DNA from: an uncultured archaeon | GTDB lineage: Archaea; Asgardarchaeota; Lokiarchaeia; Sigyniarchaeales; SOKP01 | Assembly (NCBI GenBank): GCA_964486045.1 | Contig: CAZALK010000013.1 | Span: forward strand, 78,841-142,840 | Direction of reading: 5' to 3' | DNA: 64,000 nt | In this document: positions 39,941-50,853 of the stretch, one piece after another | Numbering within the stretch: the stretch's first letter is position 1 | Layout: each line of letters starts with the position of its first letter | The notes under the pieces: model-generated | What the model was told of the DNA's origin: nothing | Seen by the model: only the letters and a program-made list of their open reading frames with translations | The model's database searches: none | Translations under genes and position numbers: made by a program

Positions 39941-40600
39941 TTAGTTAAAGGTATTATCAAGTTCTTCTATTAACTGTTTTTTAGTTAACTCAAAAGCTTT
40001 TCTGAGGACAGTTAAAATAATCTTTTTGGCAAATTTTGGCACTTTTAAAATAGTATCATCATTTTCCACCATTGAAATTCCCTCTTCATTATAATCCAAT
40101 TGACGCTTCAAAGCTTGATATGCCTTTTCTCTTGTTTTAAACGCTGCTCTTGATAATTCCGGATAATTTTTAATATCTTCATTAACTTTCAAAAATAATA
40201 CACTTTCTTCCACTTGTGTTATAAAACTTTGTTTTGTAACTTCCTTCAAAGCTTTATAATTATGATGATCCTTTTTACATTGACGATCGGTCTGATCATT
40301 TATCAAATATGTTGGAAAGTTTCTGTTAATAATATTATCGAATTGGTCTTTTGAGATCTCTCCATTTGTAATTAATTCTCTGGCAGAATTGAGAGTCACT
40401 CGTATTTGTTCTAGTGTTCCTACACGGGCATCTTTATCAGACCAATATTTATAAAAAGATTTAACAATCGGCTTGACAACAAAATTTAAAGGTCCATCTA
40501 GTTCTGAATCAAGTATATCCCTTCCAAAATTAAGGGAAATATCCATTTGCTCAATCATTCTTCCTTCTAAGATCTTATAATTTCTCTCGATGCCTTCCAT
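39941..40600 (-). CDS. Hypothetical protein, tandem paralog 1
   Basis: Colinear similarity with 40665-41330 (IERNY..GRMI.QM, KPI, DAR.GTL.QI, DQT.RQC). Confidence 0.8.
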   Translation of the reverse strand: MEGIERNYKILEGRMIEQMDISLNFGRDILDSELDGPLNFVVKPIVKSFYKYWSDKDARVGTLEQIRVTLNSARELITNGEISKDQFDNIINRNFPTYLINDQTDRQCKKDHHNYKALKEVTKQSFITQVEESVLFLKVNEDIKNYPELSRAAFKTREKAYQALKRQLDYNEEGISMVENDDTILKVPKFAKKIILTVLRKAFELTKKQLIEELDNTFN

Positions 40601-40664
40601 GTTAGTTTCTCCAAAAAACAATTTGAGATTAAATAAATGAGTTCTTCATGAGTTTAATTTTTTA

Positions 40665-41330
40665 TTATTTTTGATTGTATGTTTCATTAAGTGCATTAAT
40701 GAATTCTGTTTTAGTTTGTTCGAAGCCTTTTCTTAGAGCTTTTACAATTATCTTCTTCCCAATTGGGGGGCGTCTAAGAATGGAAATATCTTTTTCGACA
40801 ATTTTAATACCCCTATCCGTAAAATTTAACTGATTCATTAAATTTTGGAATGCTTCTTCTTTTGATTTGAAAGCTATTCTGCTTAAGTCGCCGTAATTGT
40901 CAACATCTTCCTTTACTCCTAAAAGTTTAACAACTTCTTCAAGATAGTTTATAAAGGTTTCTTTTGCTATTTGTTTTAACTCCTCATAATTTTTATGATG
41001 TTTATTACATTGTCGACATGTTTGATCTGCTTCAAGGAATTTAGGAAAATTTTCTTGAACTAATTTATCGAAAAATTCAGCTGAATCACCATCATGTAAT
41101 AATTTTTTTCCTGATTCTAATGAAATATTGATTTGTATTAGGGTACCCTCCCTAGCATCATTTTGAGACCAGTGATCATAGAATATTTTGATGATCGGTT
41201 TAATAATTAAGGATAAGAGACCCAAATCTAATTCTTCGTCAATAAGATTTCTCCCCATTTTGATTGAATTTTCCATCTGTTGAATCATTCTGCCTTTTAC
41301 TAGATGGTAATTTCTCTCGATGTAATCCAA
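40665..41330 (-). CDS. Hypothetical protein, tandem paralog 2
   Basis: Paralog of 39941-40600. Confidence 0.8.
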   Translation of the reverse strand: MDYIERNYHLVKGRMIQQMENSIKMGRNLIDEELDLGLLSLIIKPIIKIFYDHWSQNDAREGTLIQINISLESGKKLLHDGDSAEFFDKLVQENFPKFLEADQTCRQCNKHHKNYEELKQIAKETFINYLEEVVKLLGVKEDVDNYGDLSRIAFKSKEEAFQNLMNQLNFTDRGIKIVEKDISILRRPPIGKKIIVKALRKGFEQTKTEFINALNETYNQK

Positions 41331-41516
41331 CGTGAAATCCCCAACTGAGTCAAAACAAAAATATAAATTCTTAAACTCAATTAATTATTATTAAAAGATT
41401 TCTATTCTTTTAAAATAATTTCATAAGTGTTATACTATTAATTTTATGTGTTTAAAATTAAAAATGAGAAAAAACTAATAACAACAAAAGAAACTGAAAA
41501 AAGATTTTAAAAAAAT

Positions 41517-44500
41517 ATGCATTATCACTTAAAAGTGTTGATCCTAGGTGATCCTGACACTATTCATTTCTATGCTTCCAGAGCTTTTGGGGAACCTGGA
41601 GAAGATAACGACACTTATTTTGAATGGTATAGAGAATTAAAAGTTTTAGAAGATACTTGTTCTTTAGAAATAGATGCAATTACAAGTATATCCGCAGATT
41701 TAGATGGGATACTGGAGATAGTTGATGGTATCGTCTATTTTTTAAATCCTTTAAATAGAGATGAATCTGAATTATTTGAGATGGTTCTTCCTGATATTTT
41801 TGCTGTAAAACGGGAGATTCCCACTGTTGTTAATTTTTATGATCAAAATGGAATTCTCCCCATCTCAATAAACGAGTTATTAACAAATGTTTGGGTCAGT
41901 TTTCCAAGTCTCGAGGCTTTTGTGAATCTTAAACCTAAAGAATTCCATCAAGCGCTCCAATCTCTCTGTTTAGCAATTATTAATGGTGATACACCTCTCA
42001 ATATTGAAAATGCATGGATGAGATTTCCAATCTTTATTCAAATGGCTAATGTGTATTTTGATAATAATAATTACTATTATGCCGCCCAAGCTGTAAAAAA
42101 GGCTGCGTTAATTGCTGAAATTTACAATAAAAAAGAATATTATATTCTTTTAGACCAAGCAGCTTATCTATTTTCAAAAATTAATTTATATCAAGAAGCT
42201 AGTAACATTTTAGAAAAATTCGATAAAAAAAAATCGAGAAATTTTAAGACCTTGTACGCTGATGCCATGATTAGGGAGGGTAATATATTTTTCAATAAAC
42301 ATGAATTTGAAATCGCGGCTAGTAAATATGAAAGAGCTGGGCAATGGTCAAGTATCGAGATGCTAGATCATGATTTGGTTGGGGAAGCATTTAGATTAGC
42401 TATTAACTCTTGGATTTCTGCCTGTCAAGTTGAAAAAGCATTTAGAATTCTTGAAAATTTACCTCATCAAGAAGGTCTAAACATATTGAAAAGCCTTTCA
42501 GAAAAGATTGGTGAAGCAGCCGAATTTCTTGTAAATGCCAATAAGTTTGAGTTGGCAAGAGAACAATTATACATAGCAATAAAAAAATATCAAAAAAAAT
42601 CTCTTTCCGATGATTTAAAATACCTTACATATAAATTAACTGGAATTTTAATCCATATTTTTAAGATCCAAGCCTATGCTGGTGAAATATATGCTGCAAA
42701 ATATACTTATGATGAAATTGAGAATATGTGGGATTCTTATACTGTAGAAAAAAAGGATTTAGACTCCATTTTAAAACTACTGATAAATTCTTTTTTAGAA
42801 AAAAATAACTTTGGAATTGCGGCCACATTAATAAATAAGTTATCATCTTTGATGATGAGACAAGATTTAAGTAGGGTAAGTGCAGAATTAGAAGAAGAAT
42901 ACAAGACTTTAGTAAAAAAAGGAATCGAAGAATACATAAAGAGAGGTGAGGCAATTCTCAGTGAGTTTGTTAAAGCTGAATTAGATATAATTATTGAAAT
43001 GAATAATAATGAAATACAAAAGGCTAAAGAGTTTATTAAGAGTGGAAAGTTCCTTAAAGCAGGATTTCATCTATTTGATCACGCAAATCACCTCAAAAAA
43101 ATTGGAAAAGAGGAAATAAGTGATCAAATCCTCACAAAATCTTTAGACTTTTTTTTAAAAGGTGAGATTTTTTCAGAATTTTTTATCACTTTTAATAATT
43201 TGTCAAAAGAAATGAAAAAAAAATATTTATTCCGGATTTTTCCAAATTTTCTTGATAAGCTAAAGGGCGTTGATAAGCTTGATGATTATGAAAAAATCGA
43301 AAAAATTTTAGAAGAATCATTGAGGATTTATCGCACCCATTTATTATTTGATGAATCAAAAGAAATCACATTAATTTTCATAGATAATATCAAAAAAGAA
43401 GCTTTACAAATTCTCATTGATGAAAAAAACACTTTAGGGATTAGCAAGGCTAATAAGATCGTAAAAAAAGCAGCTCACATGTCATCAGCTTATTTAGATA
43501 AGCAAGAGCGTATTAAAATAAACTTTGATAATATATATAAAAAAATTTCAGAAATTTATATTGAATTAGACGATTTACCATCTGCGAATACATATATTGA
43601 TAGAATTGAGAATAAAGCCTATAATTCAGAAATTCATAAGATAATCGCTGAACTTGAGGCTGAAAAAAGTGCGAAGAGGACAAAGAAAGCAGATGAGTCC
43701 AGAGAAGAAGAGGTTCTGAAAGAACAACTTTCAATGATTGAAAATTTAGCAAGAGAAGCTAATTTAGACAGAGATAACGGATTAAGAGAAAGAAAAGGTT
43801 ATAAAAGAGCTTACTTCCAAGGAGCATTAGATCACCTTACAAACCAAGAATTTGAAGAATCAATAATTTTGTACCAAAAGAGTATAACCCAATTAAATGA
43901 TATAAAGAAATATAATCTAGCTGGTGTTTCGTTAGCATTTGTAAGTTTGTTGCTGATAAAAGAAAATAGATTTAAAGAAATTAAAAAAATATTAGAAAAG
44001 ATAAAAGAGGAATTATCTGGTGGATTAGGAGAGTCCTTTTCCAAAATTTTTCCAGTTACTCTAACAGAATACATAATTCAGTTGAGAAAATTTCATGATG
44101 AGAATAAGGTTAGAGGTGCATTAACATTTCTAGAAAAACTCCCATTATTTGAAGAAGAATTGAAATTATTAAAAGATTTTTTAGGAGAAACGGTTGCAGA
44201 AGAAGAAACAGAAGAAAAGCTTTCAAGAAAAGAAAAAGGGGAACTAAAAAAAATTGAAGTTGATTTAGATCAAAGACTTGACAAAATTCAATCTATGATG
44301 CGAGATGTAAAACATGAGAATGACAATTTTTTCAATAAGCGAAAAGCTATGAGAAGACGATATTACATTGAGATATTAGACATGTTTAAAACACCCAAAT
44401 TTAAAGAAATTGCTTCTAAGTACTACGATTTAGCAATCATGCTAATAAAAAGAAAAGATCTAAGGACTGCTTCTCTTCTTATACTTTTGCAGGGACTATG

Positions 44501-44729
44501 TTTATTGAAAGAAGGAAAATCATATATACTTAACAAAAAAAATATCGATGAATTCTTAAATAGTTTAGGTATCAATAAGAAGTTAGTAAAAGATACCTTT
44601 TATATTATGCTTATCCTGCTTATTATGGATGTTAAAATATACTCTTTGGATAAATATATGCCAAAAATTAAAGGGATGTTAGAAATATTACCGTTATTTG
44701 AGGAAGAAAAACACCTCATTGACATTTAA
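41517..44729 (+). CDS. Large alpha-solenoid/TPR-like protein with a degenerate N-terminal Ras-like domain
   Basis: N-terminal LKVLILGD..VDGIVYF..IPTVV topology lacking GKT/S, followed by about 900 aa of helical repeats. Confidence 0.7.
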   Translation: MHYHLKVLILGDPDTIHFYASRAFGEPGEDNDTYFEWYRELKVLEDTCSLEIDAITSISADLDGILEIVDGIVYFLNPLNRDESELFEMVLPDIFAVKREIPTVVNFYDQNGILPISINELLTNVWVSFPSLEAFVNLKPKEFHQALQSLCLAIINGDTPLNIENAWMRFPIFIQMANVYFDNNNYYYAAQAVKKAALIAEIYNKKEYYILLDQAAYLFSKINLYQEASNILEKFDKKKSRNFKTLYADAMIREGNIFFNKHEFEIAASKYERAGQWSSIEMLDHDLVGEAFRLAINSWISACQVEKAFRILENLPHQEGLNILKSLSEKIGEAAEFLVNANKFELAREQLYIAIKKYQKKSLSDDLKYLTYKLTGILIHIFKIQAYAGEIYAAKYTYDEIENMWDSYTVEKKDLDSILKLLINSFLEKNNFGIAATLINKLSSLMMRQDLSRVSAELEEEYKTLVKKGIEEYIKRGEAILSEFVKAELDIIIEMNNNEIQKAKEFIKSGKFLKAGFHLFDHANHLKKIGKEEISDQILTKSLDFFLKGEIFSEFFITFNNLSKEMKKKYLFRIFPNFLDKLKGVDKLDDYEKIEKILEESLRIYRTHLLFDESKEITLIFIDNIKKEALQILIDEKNTLGISKANKIVKKAAHMSSAYLDKQERIKINFDNIYKKISEIYIELDDLPSANTYIDRIENKAYNSEIHKIIAELEAEKSAKRTKKADESREEEVLKEQLSMIENLAREANLDRDNGLRERKGYKRAYFQGALDHLTNQEFEESIILYQKSITQLNDIKKYNLAGVSLAFVSLLLIKENRFKEIKKILEKIKEELSGGLGESFSKIFPVTLTEYIIQLRKFHDENKVRGALTFLEKLPLFEEELKLLKDFLGETVAEEETEEKLSRKEKGELKKIEVDLDQRLDKIQSMMRDVKHENDNFFNKRKAMRRRYYIEILDMFKTPKFKEIASKYYDLAIMLIKRKDLRTASLLILLQGLCLLKEGKSYILNKKNIDEFLNSLGINKKLVKDTFYIMLILLIMDVKIYSLDKYMPKIKGMLEILPLFEEEKHLIDI

Positions 44730-44763
44730 TAAAACAGGAATTTTAAACAGTTCTTTTTAATAA

Positions 44764-45687
44764 CTAATCAACAATATTTGCGTACTTTTGTAGATCTTTT
44801 ACCCTCATTCGTAGAGTTACCTCAGTTACGCGTGCCAGCTTTGAGATCTCCTTTTGAGTTCGGTTCTCATTGCTTATTTTTGACCCTATGTAGATGGCAG
44901 CTGCGGCGATTCCTTTCGGGTCCTTACCTGCGCTGTTGAAGCCACTTTCTTTAGCGTTACCAATCAGTTTTACTGCTATGTTCCTACACTGCATTGAAAG
45001 TTTTAGTTCCTCATTGAATTTATCAACATAGCGATCTGCTGAGAAGTGTTGCACTTTCATCCCCAATTTAGGAAGGATCTCCATAAGTATTAGGCGATAG
45101 CTTTTTATAACTTTCTTTTTAGGAATTTGCGCAACTTTGGATATTTCTTCAGCTGTTCTAGGGATTCCATGAACTCTTAAAGACGCAAATATAGATGCTG
45201 ACAATAGCGTGTCAATGCTTCTTCCCATTGTTAATTTCTTTTTTACTGTTTGGGTATAAATTCTAAGAGCATCCTCTGCAACAGCATCTGGAATCCCTAA
45301 TCTTTTTTGTAAACGCTGTAAATTTGGTAATGCAATCCACAAATTTCTTTCATAGCTAGTTGTTAATGATCTATGGATTTTAGCTAACCGGTTAAATTTA
45401 GATTTGTATTTAGGACTTAAAAGAGTACCTCTAGCGTCTCTAGACCCTCTGATAATTGTTCGAGGGCCAATTGGGCTATAAACTCTTTCACTGCTCTTTC
45501 TTTTCTGAATTTCTTCTTGGGTAAAAGCTCTTCGAGGACTATCATCAAGAATTCTAGAAAATACAGAACCGCAGTTTAAACAGACGGAAAACCCATCTTC
45601 TTCACTAATTTTTGCGCTATCACAACAGGATGGTCCTTCTTCTCCCGTATCTTTAAAGAAGTCATCATCTTCAGAGTGAGACGGCAT
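44764..45687 (-). CDS. tfb: Transcription initiation factor IIB (TFB)
   Basis: Zn ribbon (CLNCG), RAFT B-reader, ERNL..A, GRSI, GKDPKGIAAAAIY and VTEVTLR motifs. Confidence 0.95.
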   Translation of the reverse strand: MPSHSEDDDFFKDTGEEGPSCCDSAKISEEDGFSVCLNCGSVFSRILDDSPRRAFTQEEIQKRKSSERVYSPIGPRTIIRGSRDARGTLLSPKYKSKFNRLAKIHRSLTTSYERNLWIALPNLQRLQKRLGIPDAVAEDALRIYTQTVKKKLTMGRSIDTLLSASIFASLRVHGIPRTAEEISKVAQIPKKKVIKSYRLILMEILPKLGMKVQHFSADRYVDKFNEELKLSMQCRNIAVKLIGNAKESGFNSAGKDPKGIAAAAIYIGSKISNENRTQKEISKLARVTEVTLRMRVKDLQKYANIVD

Positions 45688-45891
45688 AATTACTAGTTTT
45701 GATAAAGGATGAATATGGAATTTTCTATTTTTAGTATTAAATACATGATCAATTAAATATATATGTTTGATCTCTAAAAAAAATAAAGTTGTGAAAATTT
45801 AAATCAAAACCTATTTAACTAGTATCATTAAAGTATAAAAAAAAATCAAAATTAACATAATCTAATAATCCGCGAAAAGTCATTATTTACT

Positions 45892-47139
45892 ATGTCTACT
45901 GAAAATTCTGATTTTATAAAGGTATTTTCAAAGTTTATAGATCCAAAATCCGCGAAATTAAATAAATTACATTCTCTTGATGATATCTTAAAATTGTCTA
46001 TTCAATCCTACAAGTTTGTAGATAAAGAAGAAGCAACAATGATGAAGCAACTTCTAGAAATCTCAAGTATTGCTGATGCCTCTAAGCTGAACAAGGAAAA
46101 CCCGTTTGAAAGCCTGATGAAAATAGAAAAATCAGAAGAATCTATAGAACTGACTGAAAACTTAAAGAAAAAAATAGAAGAACTAAAAATTAAATACCCG
46201 ACTTTAGAAAGAACACTAAAAAAAACAGTTACGATTAGTTCACTTATAGCAAGTGTTACTAAAGAAGAAGGAATAGAAGTAAAGGGGGTGACTTCTTCAC
46301 AAAAAGTACTTGTTGCAGGACTCGATGATGCTGGGAAAACTGCTACACTTTCAAAATTCGGTGGTCGCCTAGGTATTAGTGATACTATTGCGACACATCC
46401 TACTAGAGGTGTCGTTCGGATGAAATTTGGGAGTTCCAACTTGAATTTATTTATTTGGGATTTGGGGGGTCAGGAAGAGTATCGTCAAAGGTATTTAAGC
46501 AATCCAGAGCAATATTTTATTCAATTAGATTTACTTCTCTATGTTATTGATGTGCAAAACCCAGAGAGATTCGATGAGTCCCTTGAATATTTAGACAAAA
46601 TTCTTAATTCGATAACAATGTTGGAAGAAAAACCTTATGTTTTAATTTTTATCCATAAGTTTGATCCGGATATAAAAAGTGATCCAAAGATTCAACTTAA
46701 TGTTGAACTTTTAAAGGATAATTTAAATGAACTAATTAAAAATAAGGAATATGATTTTGATACTGAGATATATTTAACGTCTATATATTCGATGATTTCC
46801 CGTGAACCACAATTTGCAAAATATATTAAGAACCTCATGAGCTCACATTATTCACTTACAGATCCAACTGTTAAGAAAGTAGAAGGGCTTGGGAAGACAT
46901 TAGAAGAAACACTGAATGCTGTTATTCGGTTATCAGAAAGTATTTCGACACAACTAAATGATTTCGATAGTCGAATTAGTGCCTTAGAGGCAGGAGCATT
47001 TCAAGCTGCTCAAAGTGGCGTACCCCTAGAAATATCCAATCCCTCCCAAAACACTGCTAGACAAGGGGAAAATGCAAGATTAAATGTTCTCAATGAGTTA
47101 AAAGATTTATTTAGTAAAAGAAAAAGATTAAATTTATAG
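45892..47139 (+). CDS. Arf/Rag-like small GTPase with N-terminal helical extension and C-terminal coiled coil
   Basis: GLDDAGKT, PTRG, WDLGGQ, IHKFD and LTSIY motifs. Confidence 0.88.
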   Translation: MSTENSDFIKVFSKFIDPKSAKLNKLHSLDDILKLSIQSYKFVDKEEATMMKQLLEISSIADASKLNKENPFESLMKIEKSEESIELTENLKKKIEELKIKYPTLERTLKKTVTISSLIASVTKEEGIEVKGVTSSQKVLVAGLDDAGKTATLSKFGGRLGISDTIATHPTRGVVRMKFGSSNLNLFIWDLGGQEEYRQRYLSNPEQYFIQLDLLLYVIDVQNPERFDESLEYLDKILNSITMLEEKPYVLIFIHKFDPDIKSDPKIQLNVELLKDNLNELIKNKEYDFDTEIYLTSIYSMISREPQFAKYIKNLMSSHYSLTDPTVKKVEGLGKTLEETLNAVIRLSESISTQLNDFDSRISALEAGAFQAAQSGVPLEISNPSQNTARQGENARLNVLNELKDLFSKRKRLNL

Positions 47140-47141
47140 AT

Positions 47142-47867
47142 TTAACTCTTATGCCTTTTAAAATGGTCTATAATTCTTTTGTAAGTAGCAGATAAAAAGA
47201 TCATTAAATAAATAATTATACAAAAAATAATATACCAAACCTGCTCACTTAACATTGAATTTATTCTTTGATAATCAATCTCATATATGATAAATTGCTC
47301 GACATAACTTAAGATTATTTGTAGTAGAGGGATGATAAAATAAATTGACAAAAGAAATCCTATTATTCCAAAAAGGCTACCGATAATTACATCGGAAGGA
47401 TAATGAACTCCCAATTGAATCCTTGAGAACGATACTAAAACCGCTAACAAAAACATTAACAATGTCAATAACGGTGATTTTAAAAAATAACTTCCTAATA
47501 ATAATCCATACGCCATAATATTATAGGAGTGCCAAGAGGGGAAACTGCGCGAACTTGGTTTTCTTTCAAGAATTATAATCTTACCTTCCTCGAACCTTTC
47601 AAATGGTCTTAATCTATTGAAAATTCTTTTTGTTCCTGCAATTAATAACAAACCAGTTAAAAATATAGCAGATATGCCTGTAATTAAGAATGGATCATAC
47701 CAAATAAGCAAGAAAAATGCGATTAAGGAAAGCCAAAGTGTTTCTCTCCCAAAGAAAGATATAAACTTTAAAATTGTAGTGACTGGTTTCCCTCCCAAAC
47801 CGTTATACTTAATTATTATTTTTTGGTCCCATTCGTCAACTTTATTAATAGAATCCGTAAATTTCAT
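47142..47867 (-). CDS. PAP2-family membrane phosphatase
   Basis: K..RLRP, SFPSWH and SRIQLGVHYPSDV motifs. Confidence 0.92.
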   Translation of the reverse strand: MKFTDSINKVDEWDQKIIIKYNGLGGKPVTTILKFISFFGRETLWLSLIAFFLLIWYDPFLITGISAIFLTGLLLIAGTKRIFNRLRPFERFEEGKIIILERKPSSRSFPSWHSYNIMAYGLLLGSYFLKSPLLTLLMFLLAVLVSFSRIQLGVHYPSDVIIGSLFGIIGFLLSIYFIIPLLQIILSYVEQFIIYEIDYQRINSMLSEQVWYIIFCIIIYLMIFLSATYKRIIDHFKRHKS

Positions 47868-47872
47868 ATCAA

Positions 47873-48685
47873 TTAGCTTAATCGCTGAAATTTAATTGAA
47901 TTTAAATACATATATGCATCTTTTACTTTTGTAATCTGGTTCTCAAAATAGTCCAATGAATGTGAATCAGAACCTACAAAAAAATTACCCCCTTCTTTTA
48001 CTAATTGAGAAATTACTGATTTTGAAGGAAATGGTCGACCAATAGGAAATCTTTCACCAGAAATATTGTATTCTATCTTAATTTTATTAGCTATGCACAT
48101 CCGGCCTAATTTCAACACGCGTTCCTCTGATGTATTACAATCTTTGGTAGGTTTTATATCATTTTCATTAATATAACGGAAAATCGTATCGATATGACAA
48201 AAATTTTTAAATATTTTTGAATTCACCATCATCTCACAAATCTCAAAATATTCATCAATAACGGTTTTTATCTTCTTTTTCTCCAACAATTTTACTAGCT
48301 TCTTCCTTGTTGTGACAGGATAACCATGAATCCATTCATGGATTGTACCACCAATGAAATCTAATTCTCTGTTATAGTCATCCATGAACTCTAAGAGTTC
48401 GATTTCTCTATCTCTGTAGTATTCAACTTCAAGCCCACTATAAATGAAATCATAAGTTTCTTTCAGTTCATCAATTTCTTCAAGGTAATTATCGATATTT
48501 CCTTCATAGAATGGATTTGTCTTATCTTTTTCAATCGAATAAAGCTCAAAATGGTTAAGAAAACAGACGTTTATCTCATGAATTTCTGCTATTTTTATAT
48601 AGTCTTCGAATTCGGGTCCGTCTTTAGGAACATCCATACTCCATTTTGCAGTATGTACATGGTAGTCAGTGAATTTAAACTTCAT
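47873..48685 (-). CDS. PHP-domain phosphoesterase (HisJ-type histidinol phosphatase-like)
   Basis: DYHVHT, NH, GLEVEY, HID and GSDSH motifs. Confidence 0.88.
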   Translation of the reverse strand: MKFKFTDYHVHTAKWSMDVPKDGPEFEDYIKIAEIHEINVCFLNHFELYSIEKDKTNPFYEGNIDNYLEEIDELKETYDFIYSGLEVEYYRDREIELLEFMDDYNRELDFIGGTIHEWIHGYPVTTRKKLVKLLEKKKIKTVIDEYFEICEMMVNSKIFKNFCHIDTIFRYINENDIKPTKDCNTSEERVLKLGRMCIANKIKIEYNISGERFPIGRPFPSKSVISQLVKEGGNFFVGSDSHSLDYFENQITKVKDAYMYLNSIKFQRLS

Positions 48686-48734
48686 GGTCTATCAAGGTTA
48701 ATAATTAAGAAAGAAAAATAAAAATAATGATTAA

Positions 48735-50642
48735 CTAATCATTGGAATCCTCTTGGTCAAAAAATACTTCATAAAAAAGATCCTTTTCTCCTTGTTCCGG
48801 AGGGGTTATTTTAGTATTTCCTCCCTGCTGTATAATATGAACAGTGCTTTTATTCTGAATATGTATCGTCCCATAGAACCCTTTAATTCCTTTTTCCTTT
48901 GCAATGATAATTAAATGTTGGTAAAGAAAGGTTCCGATTCCATCTCCTCTCCATTTTTCAGATACGATAAAACTATATTCAGCCATGTTTAAAGAAGGAT
49001 TTAAACTATAAGTTGCGTTTCCAATCATTTTTTCTCTCCCAACTTCCCCTATAAAAGCCCCTATAGAGAAAATTTTATCATAATCAATATTTACCTCACC
49101 TTGGGTTTTAGAATGTGTAAATTCTTTCCTTACTTCAAAGAATCGCAAATATCTGTCTGTCTCATTCAAAGTATAATATAAGTCTTTAAGTAATGCTTCA
49201 TCTGTAGTTTTAACAGGTCTTATTCTAATTTTTTTATCATTTCTGGCAGTGTAGATTGTCTCATATTCAGAAGGATATAAACATATGCGTCCATGTTCAT
49301 CACAAGAAAGTAATTGGTCTGAATAAACATAATTTTGCTTCTTTGCTTCATCCAATAATGATTGTCTGAAGTCTGGATGAGCTATACATATCAATTCAAG
49401 CACTCTTTCTCTTATCGTTTTACCGTGAAGGTATGCTACCCCCCACTCAGTCACAACATAATGTACATCCCCTCGAGACAGCATTATTCCTGCACCCTCA
49501 TCTAAATGTGGAACTATACGTGATTTCTTGCCATCTCTAGAGGTTGAAGGTATAATTATAATAGGTTTACCTCCCTTCGAAAATGCTGCTCCTCTCATGA
49601 AATCAATTGTTTCTCCTAATCCTGAATAAAATTGATAACCTTCTGTTGCGGCATTCACCTGACCTGTTAGGTCAATTTGCCGAGCAGAATTAATTGAAAC
49701 CATCTTTTTATTCTTACCAATGTTTCTTGGGTTACATACATAATCAGATGGATGAAATTCGATGAAAGGATTATTGTTTACAAAATCATATAATTTTTTA
49801 GTTCCTAAAGCAAAGCTAGTTATTACCTTTTCTGGATGGAAATTTTTTTTTCTACACGTTAAAATACCATTTTCTACGAGTGGAATTATGTTATCTGTTA
49901 TGTAATGTGAATGCATTCCTAAATTTTTTTTCTCAGTTAAATATTTTAAAGCAGCATTCGGTAGATCTCCAAATCCCACATGAATTGTGGATTTATTTTC
50001 CACTAAATTTGCTAAATTTCTTCCAATTCTCTCAGCAATTTCATCAGGTTCATCAAAATGAAATTCTAATAGAGGAGTGTTATTATAAACAAAATAGTCA
50101 ATTTCTTTCATATGAATAAAACTGTTTCCTAAGGTACGGGGCATTTGAGGATTGATTTCAGCTATCGTTATATATGCTGATTGAGCTAAAGGTTTGGCGA
50201 TATCTACATTGATCCCCAAAGAACAAAAACCATAAGGATCTGGAACAGTTACTTGGATAAAAGCAACATCTATATGTTTCCGACCAGTTAAAAATAAGGA
50301 AGGTATTTCACTAGCAAATATAGGGGTATAATCTGCTTGTCCTTTATTAATCTCCTCACGAAGAGTCCTCCCGATGAAAAAGGCATTGTGTCGGAATAAA
50401 TCTTCTGCTTTATTGATAAAATATTTTTCAGAACCAATCGTTAAAAAATGAAGAATTTCAGTATCAATTAGCTTTTCTGACTGCTTTATCAATTCTGAAA
50501 TTAATAATTTTGGTTCAGAGCAACCAGAGCCAATAAAAACTCTATTACCTGTAATTATCTTGTTTATTGCATCTTCTGCCTTAAGCTCTTTATCCTTCCA
50601 TTTTGATCTCCATGTCTCATCTAACAAATTAGGGTTTTTCAT
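48735..50642 (-). CDS. Acetyl-CoA hydrolase/CoA-transferase fused to a C-terminal GNAT acetyltransferase
   Basis: AEINPQMPRT, SINSA..DLTGQV, DFMRGA..SKGGK and VVTEWG; C-terminal IRIRPV..AEYSFIV..WRGDGIGT. Confidence 0.9.
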   Translation of the reverse strand: MKNPNLLDETWRSKWKDKELKAEDAINKIITGNRVFIGSGCSEPKLLISELIKQSEKLIDTEILHFLTIGSEKYFINKAEDLFRHNAFFIGRTLREEINKGQADYTPIFASEIPSLFLTGRKHIDVAFIQVTVPDPYGFCSLGINVDIAKPLAQSAYITIAEINPQMPRTLGNSFIHMKEIDYFVYNNTPLLEFHFDEPDEIAERIGRNLANLVENKSTIHVGFGDLPNAALKYLTEKKNLGMHSHYITDNIIPLVENGILTCRKKNFHPEKVITSFALGTKKLYDFVNNNPFIEFHPSDYVCNPRNIGKNKKMVSINSARQIDLTGQVNAATEGYQFYSGLGETIDFMRGAAFSKGGKPIIIIPSTSRDGKKSRIVPHLDEGAGIMLSRGDVHYVVTEWGVAYLHGKTIRERVLELICIAHPDFRQSLLDEAKKQNYVYSDQLLSCDEHGRICLYPSEYETIYTARNDKKIRIRPVKTTDEALLKDLYYTLNETDRYLRFFEVRKEFTHSKTQGEVNIDYDKIFSIGAFIGEVGREKMIGNATYSLNPSLNMAEYSFIVSEKWRGDGIGTFLYQHLIIIAKEKGIKGFYGTIHIQNKSTVHIIQQGGNTKITPPEQGEKDLFYEVFFDQEDSND

Positions 50643-50853
50643 TAAGGTTTTTTAAGTTTTATTTTCCATTTTTTAATATATAAAAATTAACTCCAGTTTT
50701 TTTATTAATTGTATTCTCATCAATATAATGTTTTTGAAATTATAAATAAAATGTTTAAATCCATTCAGTTCTTAATTGATTTAGAAATATCCTTATAATA
50801 TAAAAAAAATAATATATTGAATTATAATCTAGGATTCAAAAGTGCTAAAAATA

